Part shown: one piece after another, positions 23,723 through 36,255 of the stretch
Numbering within the stretch: position 1 is the stretch's first letter
How the letters are laid out: every line of letters begins with the position of its first letter
Assembly: GCA_035084275.1 (NCBI GenBank)
Contig: CM068747.1
Coordinates: 22,320,001-22,384,000 of the forward strand
DNA: 64,000 nt
Source: Hydrolagus colliei
Taxonomy: Eukaryota
Direction of reading: 5' to 3'
Notes under the pieces: model-generated
The model's database searches: none
Told to the model about the DNA's origin: nothing
What the model saw: the letters and a program-made list of their open reading frames with translations, nothing else
Made by a program: the position numbers and the translations under genes

Positions 23723-26331
23723 GGTATAGCATCTTTGGTATAGCGTCCTATCACATTGTTCTCAAAGCGCTTCACAAAATACGCTGTAACATGGATTGAC
23801 GGTATATTTTGTGGGTGAAGTGCAGAAGCCAATTGCACACAGCACACAGCAATTGGCTGCCGAACACCACAAACATTGGTGGATTGAGTGACCACATTGT
23901 TTTTTAACAATGTTGTAATGTGAGCAGTTTAAGCTGCAAGCATGTGATCGAGAGTATGTTTGCTCATTGTATCCTCTTATATGAACTCCTTTGCTCAGAA
24001 AAAGAATTAATGCTAACGATGCCCATGGGGTTCTAGTTCCTGTAGATTTAAAGAAACAATGTTATTCCAAAACAATTACGTAACAATGACTTAACGAGCA
24101 ACACGTTTGGTTTTTCCAACAACATGTATTGTTGTTTTGCATAAATAAAGGTTGTTTAAAACCAATCTATATAAAATCACCTGTTGCAGTTATACATTTT
24201 TATTTGATGTTTCACCTGTGAATTGTGTTATTGTTTCCAGTAAGTTAGAATCCTATTCAGGATTTTATTCAAATCCCAAATTGACAACCGGGGCCAGTTT
24301 TTTTTCTTCAAAAACTTTGATTTTTCAAAGTAAAATACTGTAATAGAGAGCAGAAGAGCAATAAGATTTTGTTTTTAAAAAAAACACAGTAAAACGTGGC
24401 TGTCACTATTATTTAGTATTTTCAAATTTTGCACAAGAAATGTGCAGGTCTGATCCAAGAGTATTAAATGAAACTTTTATTCTGGTGGGGTTTTTTCCCA
24501 AAATGATTGCAGATGTGGCAAAGATCTCTCCCTGTAATGTTCAAAAAGCATACAGACTTGGTAAAGCGGTTACAATCCCATGCTTTTCAAATGTAGACGT
24601 CAGCGGATCCATCCACTGGGACCTGACGCATGGATAAAAATGGACCGAATAAAGAAAACGGAGGCATAACTATGACGCAACAAGTTCTGAGAATCTTCTT
24701 CCCTCATCCTTAGTTGGCTGCGACAGCTGTTATATTGAGAAGTTGCTTCTAATCTGAAATTATAGAAACAATCTCTGTGGTTTGTGATGTTGAATCAGAA
24801 TGATTTTACTTTGAAGATGGAACCAACGCAATACATAATTCATCAGACGATTAATGTCGGGGGGCCTAATGTCTCAAAGGGTCTAATGCACGTTGGCTTC
24901 CATATCCAGGTTTCCATAGGTTTCCATATCCAGGAAATCAGAAGTTACTTATTGCTTGCTCTGGCAATTGCATTCTCAGCTAATCTACCTTCAGAGCAGG
25001 GATTCTGCAGGGCAACGTGTCAATCCATTAGTTATAGAATGCAGTGTCCAATTCAATTACTAGTTAAGGAATCCTGTGTAGAAACCCTTGCCTATTTTAC
25101 ACCACAGTTAAACTGTGTGGTTAAGTCAATGACTGACATATTTAAGAACTCATTCTTTTTAACACTAAGCTCCCCCATACTCCAATAAGTCGCATTGAGG
25201 GCTACATGGCCAAGGCACTGGTAAAGGCCAATTTCAGAACAGACCAGAAAGTATGTCTTTATTTGGAGGGAAATGAATTACTGGAACAGGAAGGGTGGTT
25301 GAGACTTCTTGCCTTTTTTTTACAAAAAATGCTCGCTGGAAGAACAGTAGTGTGGAATGTTCTGGAAGGATGATAGCAACATTTTGTATTCAGTATTAAC
25401 TGAAATGATCTTGTAGAAATTCAATTCAGTTAATACTGTACTAGTAATTTGTAGAGGAATGGGTTAAAATGACTCAATTCTCAAAAGCTCGCTTGGCAGC
25501 TACTATTTTCTAGGGGACAACAGACGAAGGGAAAATAAGTTTTCTTCTTGTTCACATCTTTCTCTGAAAATTCTTGACAATCACCACAAGCTATGACTTT
25601 TGAATACACTCCAGATATGATACAAGCCACAAATGTGAATAACTGTTACATTAGTAAGAATATGCGTGACTTTAAGCTAGCTGTGTGCTTGGCTAATCAT
25701 GCGGTTGTTGGTGATGGACTGCAATATACACGGTCGATATGTTTAGCTCCGGCTGGCAGCAGGAAGTTTTTAATATACTTGGAAATCTAGTTGCTTTGGG
25801 TTTATTTCTAATGGTTGGAGTTCAAGAACTTGTAGAATGTTGTCCGTTTTTAAACTACGTGCTTGTAACAACCTTTCATGTGTGTTTATATTACGCTGAA
25901 TGTAATTCATCAAACTTTAAATATATGAGTTCCTGGAAATGCAGCTGTTTTTCCACCCTTGCCTGACTGACGTTCAATATGCGTTTACCCGACTTAATAC
26001 AAAATTGGGGTGAGAGCTATTAAAGCGAAATTACACGTTTTTCCATTCTTCTGATGTGGAAACTAGGGATGAACAACCAACGTGCCGTGTATTTATTTGC
26101 GATTGACGATAATTCCTGTTTACTTAACATCTGTAGTTTATGGCACGAATGTGATTTTAAACTATCACAGAAATCTGTGTTGAGGGCAGTGCATTAGGTA
26201 GTCTGCAATCATGGTTGATTTTACGTCAAAGTAAAGTAGTCGATAAGGAAAATTAAGGATGATGGCCTTGATCACAAGAGTTTCCATAAAAGGTGCTGCT
26301 CCAGTTATATAGAGTCCTGATCAGACCTTAT

Positions 26332-26758
26332 TTTGAATTCAAGATCCTCGTCCTCACCTTCACGGCCTTGCTCCCTCCTATCTCTCCGACCTGCTGTCTC
26401 CCTATCAGCCTGCCCGTCCCCTCCCTGCTCTGCGTCCACCGCCCGAACTGCCCCACCATAGGTAGCCGGGCTTTCAGCCTCTCTGCTCCCACACTGTGGA
26501 ACTCCATCCCGCAATCCCTTCGCCTCACTTCCTCTCTTTCCTCCTTTAAGGCCGGTCTCAAGACCTTCCTCTTCGACTGTGCCTTCTGTTCCCCTCCTAA
26601 CTCTTCCACCCTTCCTACTCTCCTTCCCCTTCCCCATACCCTGACCTTTCCCCACCTGCTCGGGTCCCGACCTGATTGTTGAACGCTTTGGGACGTCCTC
26701 CCGACGTGAAAGGTGATCTACAAATGTAATTTTGTTTGTTGTTGCTGTTGTTGTTATT
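26332..26758 (+). mobile_element. L2-type LINE 3' fragment, inserted into a degenerate CR1 (flanks about 26270-26331 and 26790-27000)
   Basis: FKILVLTF...GSRAFSLSAPTLWNSIP...SFKAGLKTFLF is the L2 ORF2 C-terminus. The tail reads gggacgtcctcccgacgtgaaagg...(TTG)n. The left flank reads LLQLYRVLIRP, which is CR1-like. Confidence 0.85.
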
Positions 26759-28376
26759 ATTTGATCAAGGTGCATTTCATCACACATAGGGTTGTAAAGA
26801 TATGGTATGTTCTGCCCCAGAAAGCAATAGAGGTGAAATGAACAGGGATATATGTATAAAAGAAAGATAGACGGAGACTTGAGTGATAGGGGTATTCAGG
26901 GCTATGGCAAAACAGTGAGGCATTGGGATTAAAAGATCTTCCAATATCTGATAAACTGATGGAATAGGCTCAATGGATGGAATAGCTACTTCCTGTTCCT
27001 ACATGCTGGTGTGATGGTTACATGAAACTACAATCATTTGATAGACACAAAGCCCTGTCTGCCTGTTCAAGTGGACCTCAGCAGCCCGGGGGCACTATTC
27101 CACAAAGAGACAAACATTTATCTTGGTTGCCTGGCCAACAAACAAACCCCCAGATAAAATTGGTCATTGACTTCATGGCTCAAATGAAATGCCAAATTAA
27201 ATTGGCTGCCGCGTTTCACTCTCAAATACAGTTACTAAATCTCACAGTAATTCCTGTAAAGCACTTTCAGGCATGAAAGGTGCTTTAGCAACTGTAAGGA
27301 TCATTATTATTTTATTAGATTATTGTGTAGGAATAGCTATGGTGCTCTTTAATTCTCTCTCCACTCAACCTCATCCCCACAACTGCTTCCAAGGGTAAAC
27401 TAGAATGAATGACAGCGGCAGTGTACAGCACAGCCAAACTCAGCCTATTCTTCAAACTCTGGTTGGTTGGAGATGGTGGTTAGGAGCTGAAAGTGGAAAT
27501 TAATGTCAAAGGCTGAATTAAATAGATTCAGCTTCCACACCCAATGCACTTCATAATGGCAAACTATTTTTTTTTAACAATTTCTGCCTTGTTGCACTCT
27601 ACTTAACATAATACAGTGTAGCTGCAAATCTCTTTCAGGGGTTCACTTAGTGTGTTTTAAATCAGATTTTGGCGAGTTTTAGTTAGCCAAAGGACTGTAC
27701 TGTATGTGCTTTTAATTTGGAGTGTTACATCTACACATCATCTGTGATGAATAAAAGCCAGATTGTGAAATAATTGCATCTCCTAAATTGCTATTCTTGT
27801 CGGGAAGTCAGCCAGACAGTTGTGGAGAATTCTTTATCTTCATCAGGCTGTGTATAGTCCTTGGGTTTTATAAGATAAACTTCCTTACAGTCACAGAACG
27901 TATTATTAAAACATTCCATTGCGCATTAATTTAGCACACAAAAACAGTTATCCAGACCAGTTTTGTAAAATGTTGTGCCACTTCTAATGATTCAGGGATT
28001 AATTTGGTTCTACGGTTGAGCTAAAATATGTGAGAAAGTGTTTGTATGGTTGCGATAATCTGTTACATCTTGTACCTGGATGACACTTGGCAAAATGACA
28101 GACGTTGCTTATACTTTACTTGCAAGCCCTTTCTCTTGCCTCAACATGCCTCCTTCTGCTTTGTAGCGAGTGCGCAATTTGGTAGTGCACAGACTTGCCT
28201 GTGTGATGTGGCCTCTATGGCCTTTTTTGCTCAGCTGTCAGAGAGGGAGGCTTCCCCAGCACAAAAGACCAATCTCTGTGCTCTCTACAGTGGGTTAGTT
28301 TAGAGAACAACTCTCCAGATTCTTCCCGAGCTGTTCCGGAGTTACTTCCTGTGAGGAGTATAATTTTCTCCTTTAA

Positions 28377-28429
28377 ATGGATGATTGTATTACCATCAAG
28401 AAAAAGCACCTACAAAAACCCATATTTAG
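28377..28429 (+). CDS. PDE1A: PDE1A alternative first coding exon (PDE1A1-type N-terminus) MDDCITIKKKHLQKPIFR
   Basis: AAAATGG-like context (tttaaATGG). 17 codons + AG|gtaaga phase-2 donor. Closely matches mammalian PDE1A MDDHVTIRKKHLQRPIFR. Confidence 0.93.
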
Positions 28430-29789
28430 GTAAGAAATAGCATTTGTTTCATCCACATTGGATTGCAAAAAAAAAAGAATGTTTTCTGTTTAGAAGTTTT
28501 CTGGCAGAGACGTTGTGCAAGTATTTTTTATTGCAATGTTTAATCATTTGGCTGTCAACATCCTGATAAATAATGTAATACCCCTGGAATGAAACTGCTT
28601 TCAACTTTTTAAGATTCTTACATATCGTTGTGTGCTATATGACTTCTTGTGCTTTGATCAAGCTTTTAAAAATACAATCCCTGGAATCTTATACAATACT
28701 GTTTGTGTGTTTACTATGCCCTTTAGTATTAAAGCTATTAGTTACAGAACTTTGTATCTGAATTCACTAGACCAGCTGATTATTTTAAATCATGAAGCGA
28801 TAAACTTTTTTTAATACGAAAAAGAGCTGTCTTTGACTCTTACCTTTAAGATGCAGTTATTAAAGTCATTTTTCTTTACATTACACAGACAACTTCTCGA
28901 GTGATGATCTTTGTAACAGACATTTCATGCAACTTTCGAAAATAAGACTAGTGTTTTGTTTGAATAAGCATAGTCCTGGTTCAGAATTGTTTTAGTTCAG
29001 CAACACGAGGTAAAAATATGAAATTTGCAACGGGTCAGGGGGGGAGGCAGGGGTTGGAAAGATTAAAAATATTTTTAAAAATTTTTTGAAATAAATATTG
29101 GGGCCATTTTTCTCATGTGTGTCAGTTTATATATACTGTATATATAGATATATTTTAGAAAATTATTTTTTCCATCTGTCCAAATACCTTAATCTTTCCC
29201 TATTCCAAAACTACTCATACTGACTTTAAAGTCTGCTGGTATCTCAGCGTGGGAGTAACTTTTTCTAGCAGTTGTAACGGATCTCTGCGGTTGCAAAAGA
29301 AAATAGTGTCCATAGTGTTTACAGCAAGTGACATGTCAAGACTCACTTGTATATCTCCACCAGACTAAATTTGATGGCATCTGCAGTATATCAGAGCCTT
29401 GAACGTGATAGAATCAATAAACATATTTAGTATAGAAAATATGAATGCGCAGACTGACTCTTCCGAGCTTGATTTTTCAAGTTCAAGTGGATATACATTA
29501 CACCACACATCAGTCGTATCAGTTGGGACCATACATTTAATATGACTTAAACACAGCATGAGTTATGTCAAACGTAGAGAAACTATAAACTCTTGACCAG
29601 GACTTTGGCAAATGTACGCCTTAAGCGATGATACGATTTACACAGATCAGACTTGTGCGAGTTTCACTCTGATGTCAGAAAAAAAACCTGAAGACATTTA
29701 CATTGCTGATAAACATATAAAGTGATATCAAGAGATTTATGTTGTGATGGACCTGTGCAGTGTGAGATTCCCTTAAATGTTATGGAAGC

Positions 29790-30140
29790 TCACTCGATGG
29801 CTCAGCAAGTTTTTCCATCTACTAGGAAGGTCTCATGTTCAATCTCTGGTGTGAGCTGAATTAGTTCATCTCTGTTAGAATACCGTAGAGGGCTGCTGTG
29901 ACTGGCCACAATGCACACTTTAGGGAGAGCAAAATTGGACAAGCTGTCTATGTCTGTTGACTATCCAGTAATTCCTGCTCATGTTGTGAGTGTGTGGATA
30001 TTGGTTAAGGACAAGGTTATCCACTGCCTTCCATCCCACCTCATCACCCCTCCAGCAAAATAGCCAGCAGACACACAGTATCAAGTCTCCCAGATGAATG
30101 GTTGTTTGACTGAGGTACCAGAGAGTAACCATCGCTCAAA
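29790..30140 (+). mobile_element. Ancient degenerate tRNA-headed SINE-like repeat of a third family
   Basis: tggctcagc...aggaaggtctcatgttcaatctctgg head and a tatccagt...cctgct...gtgtgtggatattggttaaggaca body. Weakly similar segments at about 45340-45450(+) and 18940-19075(-). Confidence 0.45.
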
Positions 30141-30474
30141 GATCTATACACTGGTCGGAGAAAACGTGAGTGAAACACCTTTAGGAGAAGAGAAATCTAC
30201 CGAGGGAACAACAAACTGGAGTTGGGCTACATTGTCTTTGAAGTTGTTAATAATGCAACAATTGTAAACTGCCAGTCATCAACATTGTAAAGATGAAAGG
30301 GTGCGTAATTCAAAACAATAATGCCGCAATGGTTCCTTTTCTTCTGTGCATGTTTCAAATTTAGCAGAGAGTCATGCAAATCTATTATTTACACATAGAA
30401 GATTGTTGTTCCTAGTCTTGCTCTCTGCCCCCACGCTTCTCACGTGAAATAGTTTGTGTAGCACAATCCTGCAC

Positions 30475-30535
30475 CATGATACTCTGTCATGATGATGATA
30501 CTCATGATACTCATAATACTGATGATACTCATGTG
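30475..30535. repeat. Degenerate 9-bp tandem repeat (CATGATACT)
   Basis: catgatact...gatgatactcatgatactcataatactgatgatactcatg. Confidence 0.75.
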
Positions 30536-32110
30536 ATGTACAAATGCCGACGTAGACCAATTGGATTGAATGGGCTGTTTCTGTGCAGTACATTCTATGT
30601 GATTCTATGTAATTCTGTGAATCTAATACTCCAATTAGGACGATTACATATGGTGGTCTATCAGTCTTCTGACCCGTCAGCTTTTCAAGGTACTTAACAC
30701 CAGAAGATCTATTTTTTTTTGGACACACCAAAATGATTGCATAAGTTCCAGTGGCCTTTTTGTCAAATTAAAAATCAGTTTTGAAAAGAGTCCCGTATAC
30801 AGTGGTGAGATCTGCTTTAACTAGGAAATTCATCTGCATTAAATTTATATAATTAAATAAGCATTAATTTAAAAAAGAGGACTTGATAATACTACATTTG
30901 AAGCAATGGACTGTTTAGAACAATCCGAACCTCTTTGCTCTATTGAACTCTGGAGATAACCTATGGATTATCTGTGTTGGGGATACATGATCATTCAACG
31001 CATCAATTTGGTGTGGTGTAATGCTTAACATATCAGCGCACTGTGCTATTATAACATTAGGCGGTTATAATGATTATTGGCAGACAATGTAGCCTGTGTC
31101 ATTGAAGAGTGATGGCATTTCCACTGCAGGATTGGTGGCTGTGAGATAATTGCAGCAAATCGTCCAGATGATAATGCTGCTTATTGAGAAATAACATTGG
31201 CGGCCTGTATAACGTGATGTATAAATTGTGAAACCATTTCCAGCAGAAATTCATCATTGGATAACTGTAAATGCACATAAATCTGCTATGCAATCATCCA
31301 GATCTGCCAGGGCTCTCAATTGTGTTTGGATTGAATGATTATTCTCAAGATGTATCAAAGATACTGGAATGAGCTGTGGGCAATGTATCTTTGCTAAGTG
31401 GTCAACAAACGCTTAGCTTTCAAAACAATTAGCTTTGCAATCTTGTAGTTATGTTTAATGATGCATATGTATGATTTTGTTAAGTGGTACCTGATTACTT
31501 TCTTGCTTCATGTGTGTTTTGTGCTTTTGTGAGATTTATGTCTTGTGATTTCATTTTCAATTTCCGTGCACCCTGGGTTATATTTGCTTACAAATGTGTG
31601 AGTAATTCAGGCCCAATGTGTTTAGATGTAGTGAAAATCCTTATATTCCACATTCCTCCAACAGTAACGCTGCTCCAAGTCATCACAACGACAACTTGCA
31701 TTTATATTGTGCCCTTTACTCCGGACGGCGTCTCCGAACGCTTGGGTTTGTTCCCAATAGCATGGCTTGAAGTCAAAGCACACTGAGCAAGGCAAGAGCC
31801 AAATATTTTTCCTCTATCCTCCTGTAATCCCGATTCTTCTGTATCGTGTATCACACCCAACTGTTTAAAGCAGCAGCTTTGATTGTATAGCAACAAAACG
31901 CAACAAAGCTGATGCATTTTTAGTAAGAACATTCAACATCCTTGCATTAGATATAGTGATTAGCCATGATCATGGTCTTTGAAATGTTTCAAAGCAAATG
32001 TTTCACTGGTTTTATAGAAAAGACTCAATTTTCATACGGCAAAGTCTCACAAATAGCCATGAAAGGAGTGACTAGTTGTGGGATTGTTGGCTAGGACACC
32101 AGGAAAAACT

Positions 32111-33715
32111 GACATTGAACAACTTCACTTTTTAACTCCAACCACTTCCTCCAGGTAAAAGGGGTCGTAATGGGAACCCGCATGGGTCCCAGCTACGCCT
32201 GCCTGTTTGTTGGCCACCTGGAACACTCCTTGTTCCGGTCCTTCTCAGGCCCGCTCCCCGACCCGTTCCTCAGGTACATTGACGACTGTATTGGGTCTGC
32301 CCCCTGCTCTCGCAGTGAGCTAGAGGCATCTGTAAACCTTGCCTCCACCTTCCACCCCTCCATAAAATTTACATGGACCATCTCTGACACTTCCCTTCCC
32401 TTTCTCGACTTCACCATCTCCACATCAGGCAACTGCCTGTCCACAGACATCTTTTACAAGTCCACTAACTCCCACAGCTACCTTCGCTACACCTCATCCC
32501 GCCCGGCCTCTTGCAAAGATGCCATCCCCTTTTCCCAGTTCCTCCGCCTCCGCCGCATCTGCTCTGAAGATGCAGCATTTCATACCAGAGTGACTGAGAT
32601 GTCTGGATTTTTCCTCGACCAAGGATTCCCACCAATTGTGGCAGCAAAGGCCCTTGACTGTGTCCGTCCGAATTCTCGCACCTCCAGCCTCATGCCTTTC
32701 GCCCCCCCATCGCGGAATCGTGATAGGGTCCCCTTGGTCCTCACTTACCACCCTACCAGCCTCACTATTCAACACATCATCCGCAGAAACTTCCGTCACC
32801 TGCAACGTGACCCATCCACCAAGGATATATTTCCCTCCCCTCCCCTCTCCGCATTCCGAAGGGTCCGTTCCCTCCTGGATTCTCTGGTCTACTCCGCTAT
32901 CAGCACCATCAGCTGCTCTCCTTCCTCTGGCACCTTCCCGTGCCAGCGCAGGAGATGTAATACCTGCCCTTTCACCTCCACCCAAACCACTCTCCAGGGA
33001 TCAAAACACAGCTTCCGTGTGAGACAGCGGTTCACGTACACCACCAACAATATAGTACACTGTATCCGCTGCTCATGGTGTGGTCTCTTCTACATTGGGG
33101 AGATTAAGTGCAGATTGGGAGACTGATTTGCAGAGCATCTTCGCTCTGTATGGAAGGTCAACCCTGATCTTCCAGTCTCCCTCCATTTCAACTTGCGCTC
33201 ACATTCAGGGGCTGATCTTTCGATCCATGGTCTCCCGCGCTGCTCCAGTGACTCACAGCGAAAGCTTGAGGAATAGCACCTCATCTATCTGCTGGGGACA
33301 CTACAGCTGTCTGGCCTCAACATTGATTTCAGGCCATAGGAGTTTCCCCCCCTCCCCCCATCACAATCATACCTCCAGACACCCCCAGGCTCTCTGGTGT
33401 TTTGTTTATTCTATCACCACTAAACACCTCTTCTCCCCAGTTTCGTTTAAACCCACCCCCTTCTGTTTCTCGCCCTGAAGCTGTTGACACATATTCAACC
33501 CATCAATTAACACACTTTTTTTATTTTCCTTTGTCTTCTTTGTCTCCTTTTTCTTCCATGTCCTGCCTCTCCCCCTTTAACGTCCTTATGAAACCTTTCC
33601 CTCCAAACAAGCCCCAGTTCTGACGAAGGGTTGCAGTCCCGAAACGTTGACTCTTTTTCCTTTCTCCATGGATGCTGCCTGATCTGCTGAGTTTTCCCAG
33701 CGACTTTTGTTTTTG
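32111..33715 (+). mobile_element. 5'-truncated, decayed Penelope-like retroelement (RT + GIY-YIG endonuclease + 3' terminal region)
   Basis: ORF 32170-33126 has RT motifs MGTRMGPSYACLF, RYIDD and LPFLD, then a Cys-rich linker and IVHCIRCSWCGLFYIGEIKCRLGD*FAEHL (GIY-YIG). In-frame stops at about 33124 and 33274. A hammerhead-type motif lies near the 3' end. Flanked by a 14-bp near-perfect direct repeat. Confidence 0.93.
33616..33652 (+). ncRNA. Minimal type-I hammerhead ribozyme motif in the Penelope terminal region
   Basis: AGTT-CTGACGA-A-GGG(ttgcagt)CCC-GAAA-CGTT-GACT. Has the CUGANGA and GAAA cores, stem II GGG/CCC, stem I AGTT/GACT, and the palindromic AACGTT typical of dimer-forming Penelope hammerheads. 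Confidence 0.7.
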
Positions 33716-36044
33716 CACCAGGAGAAACTCCCTACTCTTTTCAATTAGTGTCACATGGGATCTTTATCGTCCACGTGAACAGGCTGACGGAACCTCAGTT
33801 TAAGGTCTCCTCTTCTGAAATAGTTTATTGGTAGGTCTAATCCCAAGTAGAATATTATTAAGTACCTCCTTCAAAGATTTCAGAGGCATTTGCGCATTTT
33901 TCCTGTAACAAACGCAAAGATAATAAGATTTATAGAGCTCCACCTGAAGATGTGAATCCCACACTATGTTTGGGCCTCTGTGTTGGGCTGCGTTTTGGAG
34001 AAATGTTAGCCAATAAGTTCCCACTTTTGTTGCTCGATATCCCCCATTTGAGCATGTCTTTGTGGATTTCAGGTGGAAGTGGCTTGATCTCAGCCTTGAA
34101 GCTATCTGTGGCCAATAGCCTGTTTAGGCTCTTTCTAGACCTGTATCAAGAAGCAACGTTAATGAACTGAAGCAGGTTCAATCAGTGAATTTGTGTTAAG
34201 ATGCAGCGGGTTTGACTATCTAGTCGGGATGGTAAATTTTGACAGAGACAAGGACTGAATACTTTAAGTCAAATAATTTTGATCAGCAGCATTTCCTTCC
34301 CTCAAATAGGAAACTCTAGGCAGTGGTTAAAAGATGAGATATAATTGACCCGATTTGTGTTTCGTTAACATTAACCTCAGAAAGATTGGGTTGAGGGCAA
34401 ATAAAGGAAATGTATTATTATATAATTTGATGTTCTAATGTTATATACCCTTCTACATGTCTGCTGTTAATATTTTTTTCAAAATTTATTTTACTGGGGC
34501 AATCCCGAATCTACCAAATAATGCTGCTAATTTGTCAGAGTTGGATCATTTGGAAGAGTGTAACTGACTTTAAAGCTTTATAACTGGTGAACAAAAGCAG
34601 CTCCCCTTTGATTGATAAAGATTTTTGCTTAAGTCAGTTCACATGCTGTGCATTACACTGCTTGCAAAACCCACTGAAAGGTTTGTGTTCAAAGTTTAAA
34701 CCAGCCTAATCTGGACCACATGCTTCACAGCCCCGACATCGCCAAGGTTAAATGGTTTTCACTTTGAAATCTGTTAACTGTTCGTACTTGACCGGTTTAA
34801 TGTCAATGTTTTTAGTTAAAACTACAACTCTGCCCCATCAATCTAATGCCTGCAAGAGTTACTTGATAGCGTGAGTTTACTAGCTTGCAAATCCTGAAAC
34901 AAGATAAAGTTTCAAGTACGAGTCCTTTATGAAAATCCTCAGAAAAGAAGTTACAACCTGAGTACAGTATATGTAAATGAGCAACTTCTTAGAGAAGGAA
35001 TGTTTTACTATTAGTTCATAAACTGGATGTTAGAGCTTAGCTTATCACAGTCATATGTTTTTCCTGCCAAATTTCTTCCATTACTCTTCAGCCTCTTGCT
35101 TTCATTTCCTAACAAAGTTAATTAACTCGGGTTGCCATGGTTCCTGGAAACTAAGAGCTAAATACTAGCACATTTACAGCAACCGTATATAACATAATGG
35201 CCCTCTGCACTCAAGGACAATGTTTAACATACTTTAAGCACCTCAGTGTTATAAATTGTGAACTTTTAAATATTTTCTTCTTTGTTATTGCACTATTTTG
35301 AGACATTTTTTGTGGCCTGCATAACTTTTTAAAGCTTTATAACACAGGTATTGAGTATCTAAAATGCGCATAATTGGAATTTTGCTTTAAAAAGAAACTC
35401 TACAAAAATATCCAAGCACTTTACGGATTTAAAAGCTATGTCAGGGAATCATAATAAACAGATTTAAAACTAAAATAGAACTGGAATGGCAGATTGAATG
35501 TAGCTGCACATCTAAACAAAAATGCCAATTGTGGTCACAAAATAATTTTTTCAGGTTAAAAGATTCAGCATTATTTTCATGTAGATTTATTTAAAATATT
35601 TACTTTTGTGTGCATTAAATGTATGTTAAACAATTTAGATCAATGCCTTTCAATTAATTGCATTACTGGTCCAGGCTTCATCACCCAAAGTAAGAAGTTA
35701 TCTCCACAATCAGCAAACAAAAGCAATGAACGGAAATAGCCACATGAATTTATCTTGCACCATTTAACTTGATTTTCTGCAGAGAGAAGGAAAATTTATA
35801 GCGTAGATTGAATAGTTGAATGCTCAAACACTCCTTGTTCTTTCACTCTGAATCAGAATGTACCATCTTATCCCATTATGTATATACAGTACAGCCTATT
35901 CATGGCCAAGTTCATTTCTTAATTTCAGAATTCAGTATTGTGCAATTTTGGAAGATGACAAACAGCTGCATGCATGGAATGATGTGTGTGCCTTTTTAGC
36001 CTCGTGATTGAATTTCCAATCTGAGGATCAGAACTGCGGTGTGG

Positions 36045-36255
36045 TGTATTGCGGCTCAGTGGTCAGAGCCCTCGCCTCCCAAATGGGAGACCTGGGTTTA
36101 ATTCCCGGCAGGGTCAAACCTTGAACAAATTTCCTCACTATACACACCTGATAACAATTCCTCAAGAAAAAACCCAATAATAATTCGGTCACTCAATCCA
36201 CAACTGTTTGGCTGCCGCTTTTCGCCCACACATGCACAGTCAATTCACTTTACAA
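36045..36255 (+). mobile_element. 3'-truncated tRNA-derived SINE
   Basis: ggctcagtggtcagagccctcgcc...gggtttaattcccggcagg, followed by the family body. Confidence 0.82.

Noticed and set aside
32170-33126. 318-aa ORF as a host gene or active retroelement
   Set aside because: It is a 5'-truncated Penelope RT with an upstream frameshift and stops in the endonuclease region.
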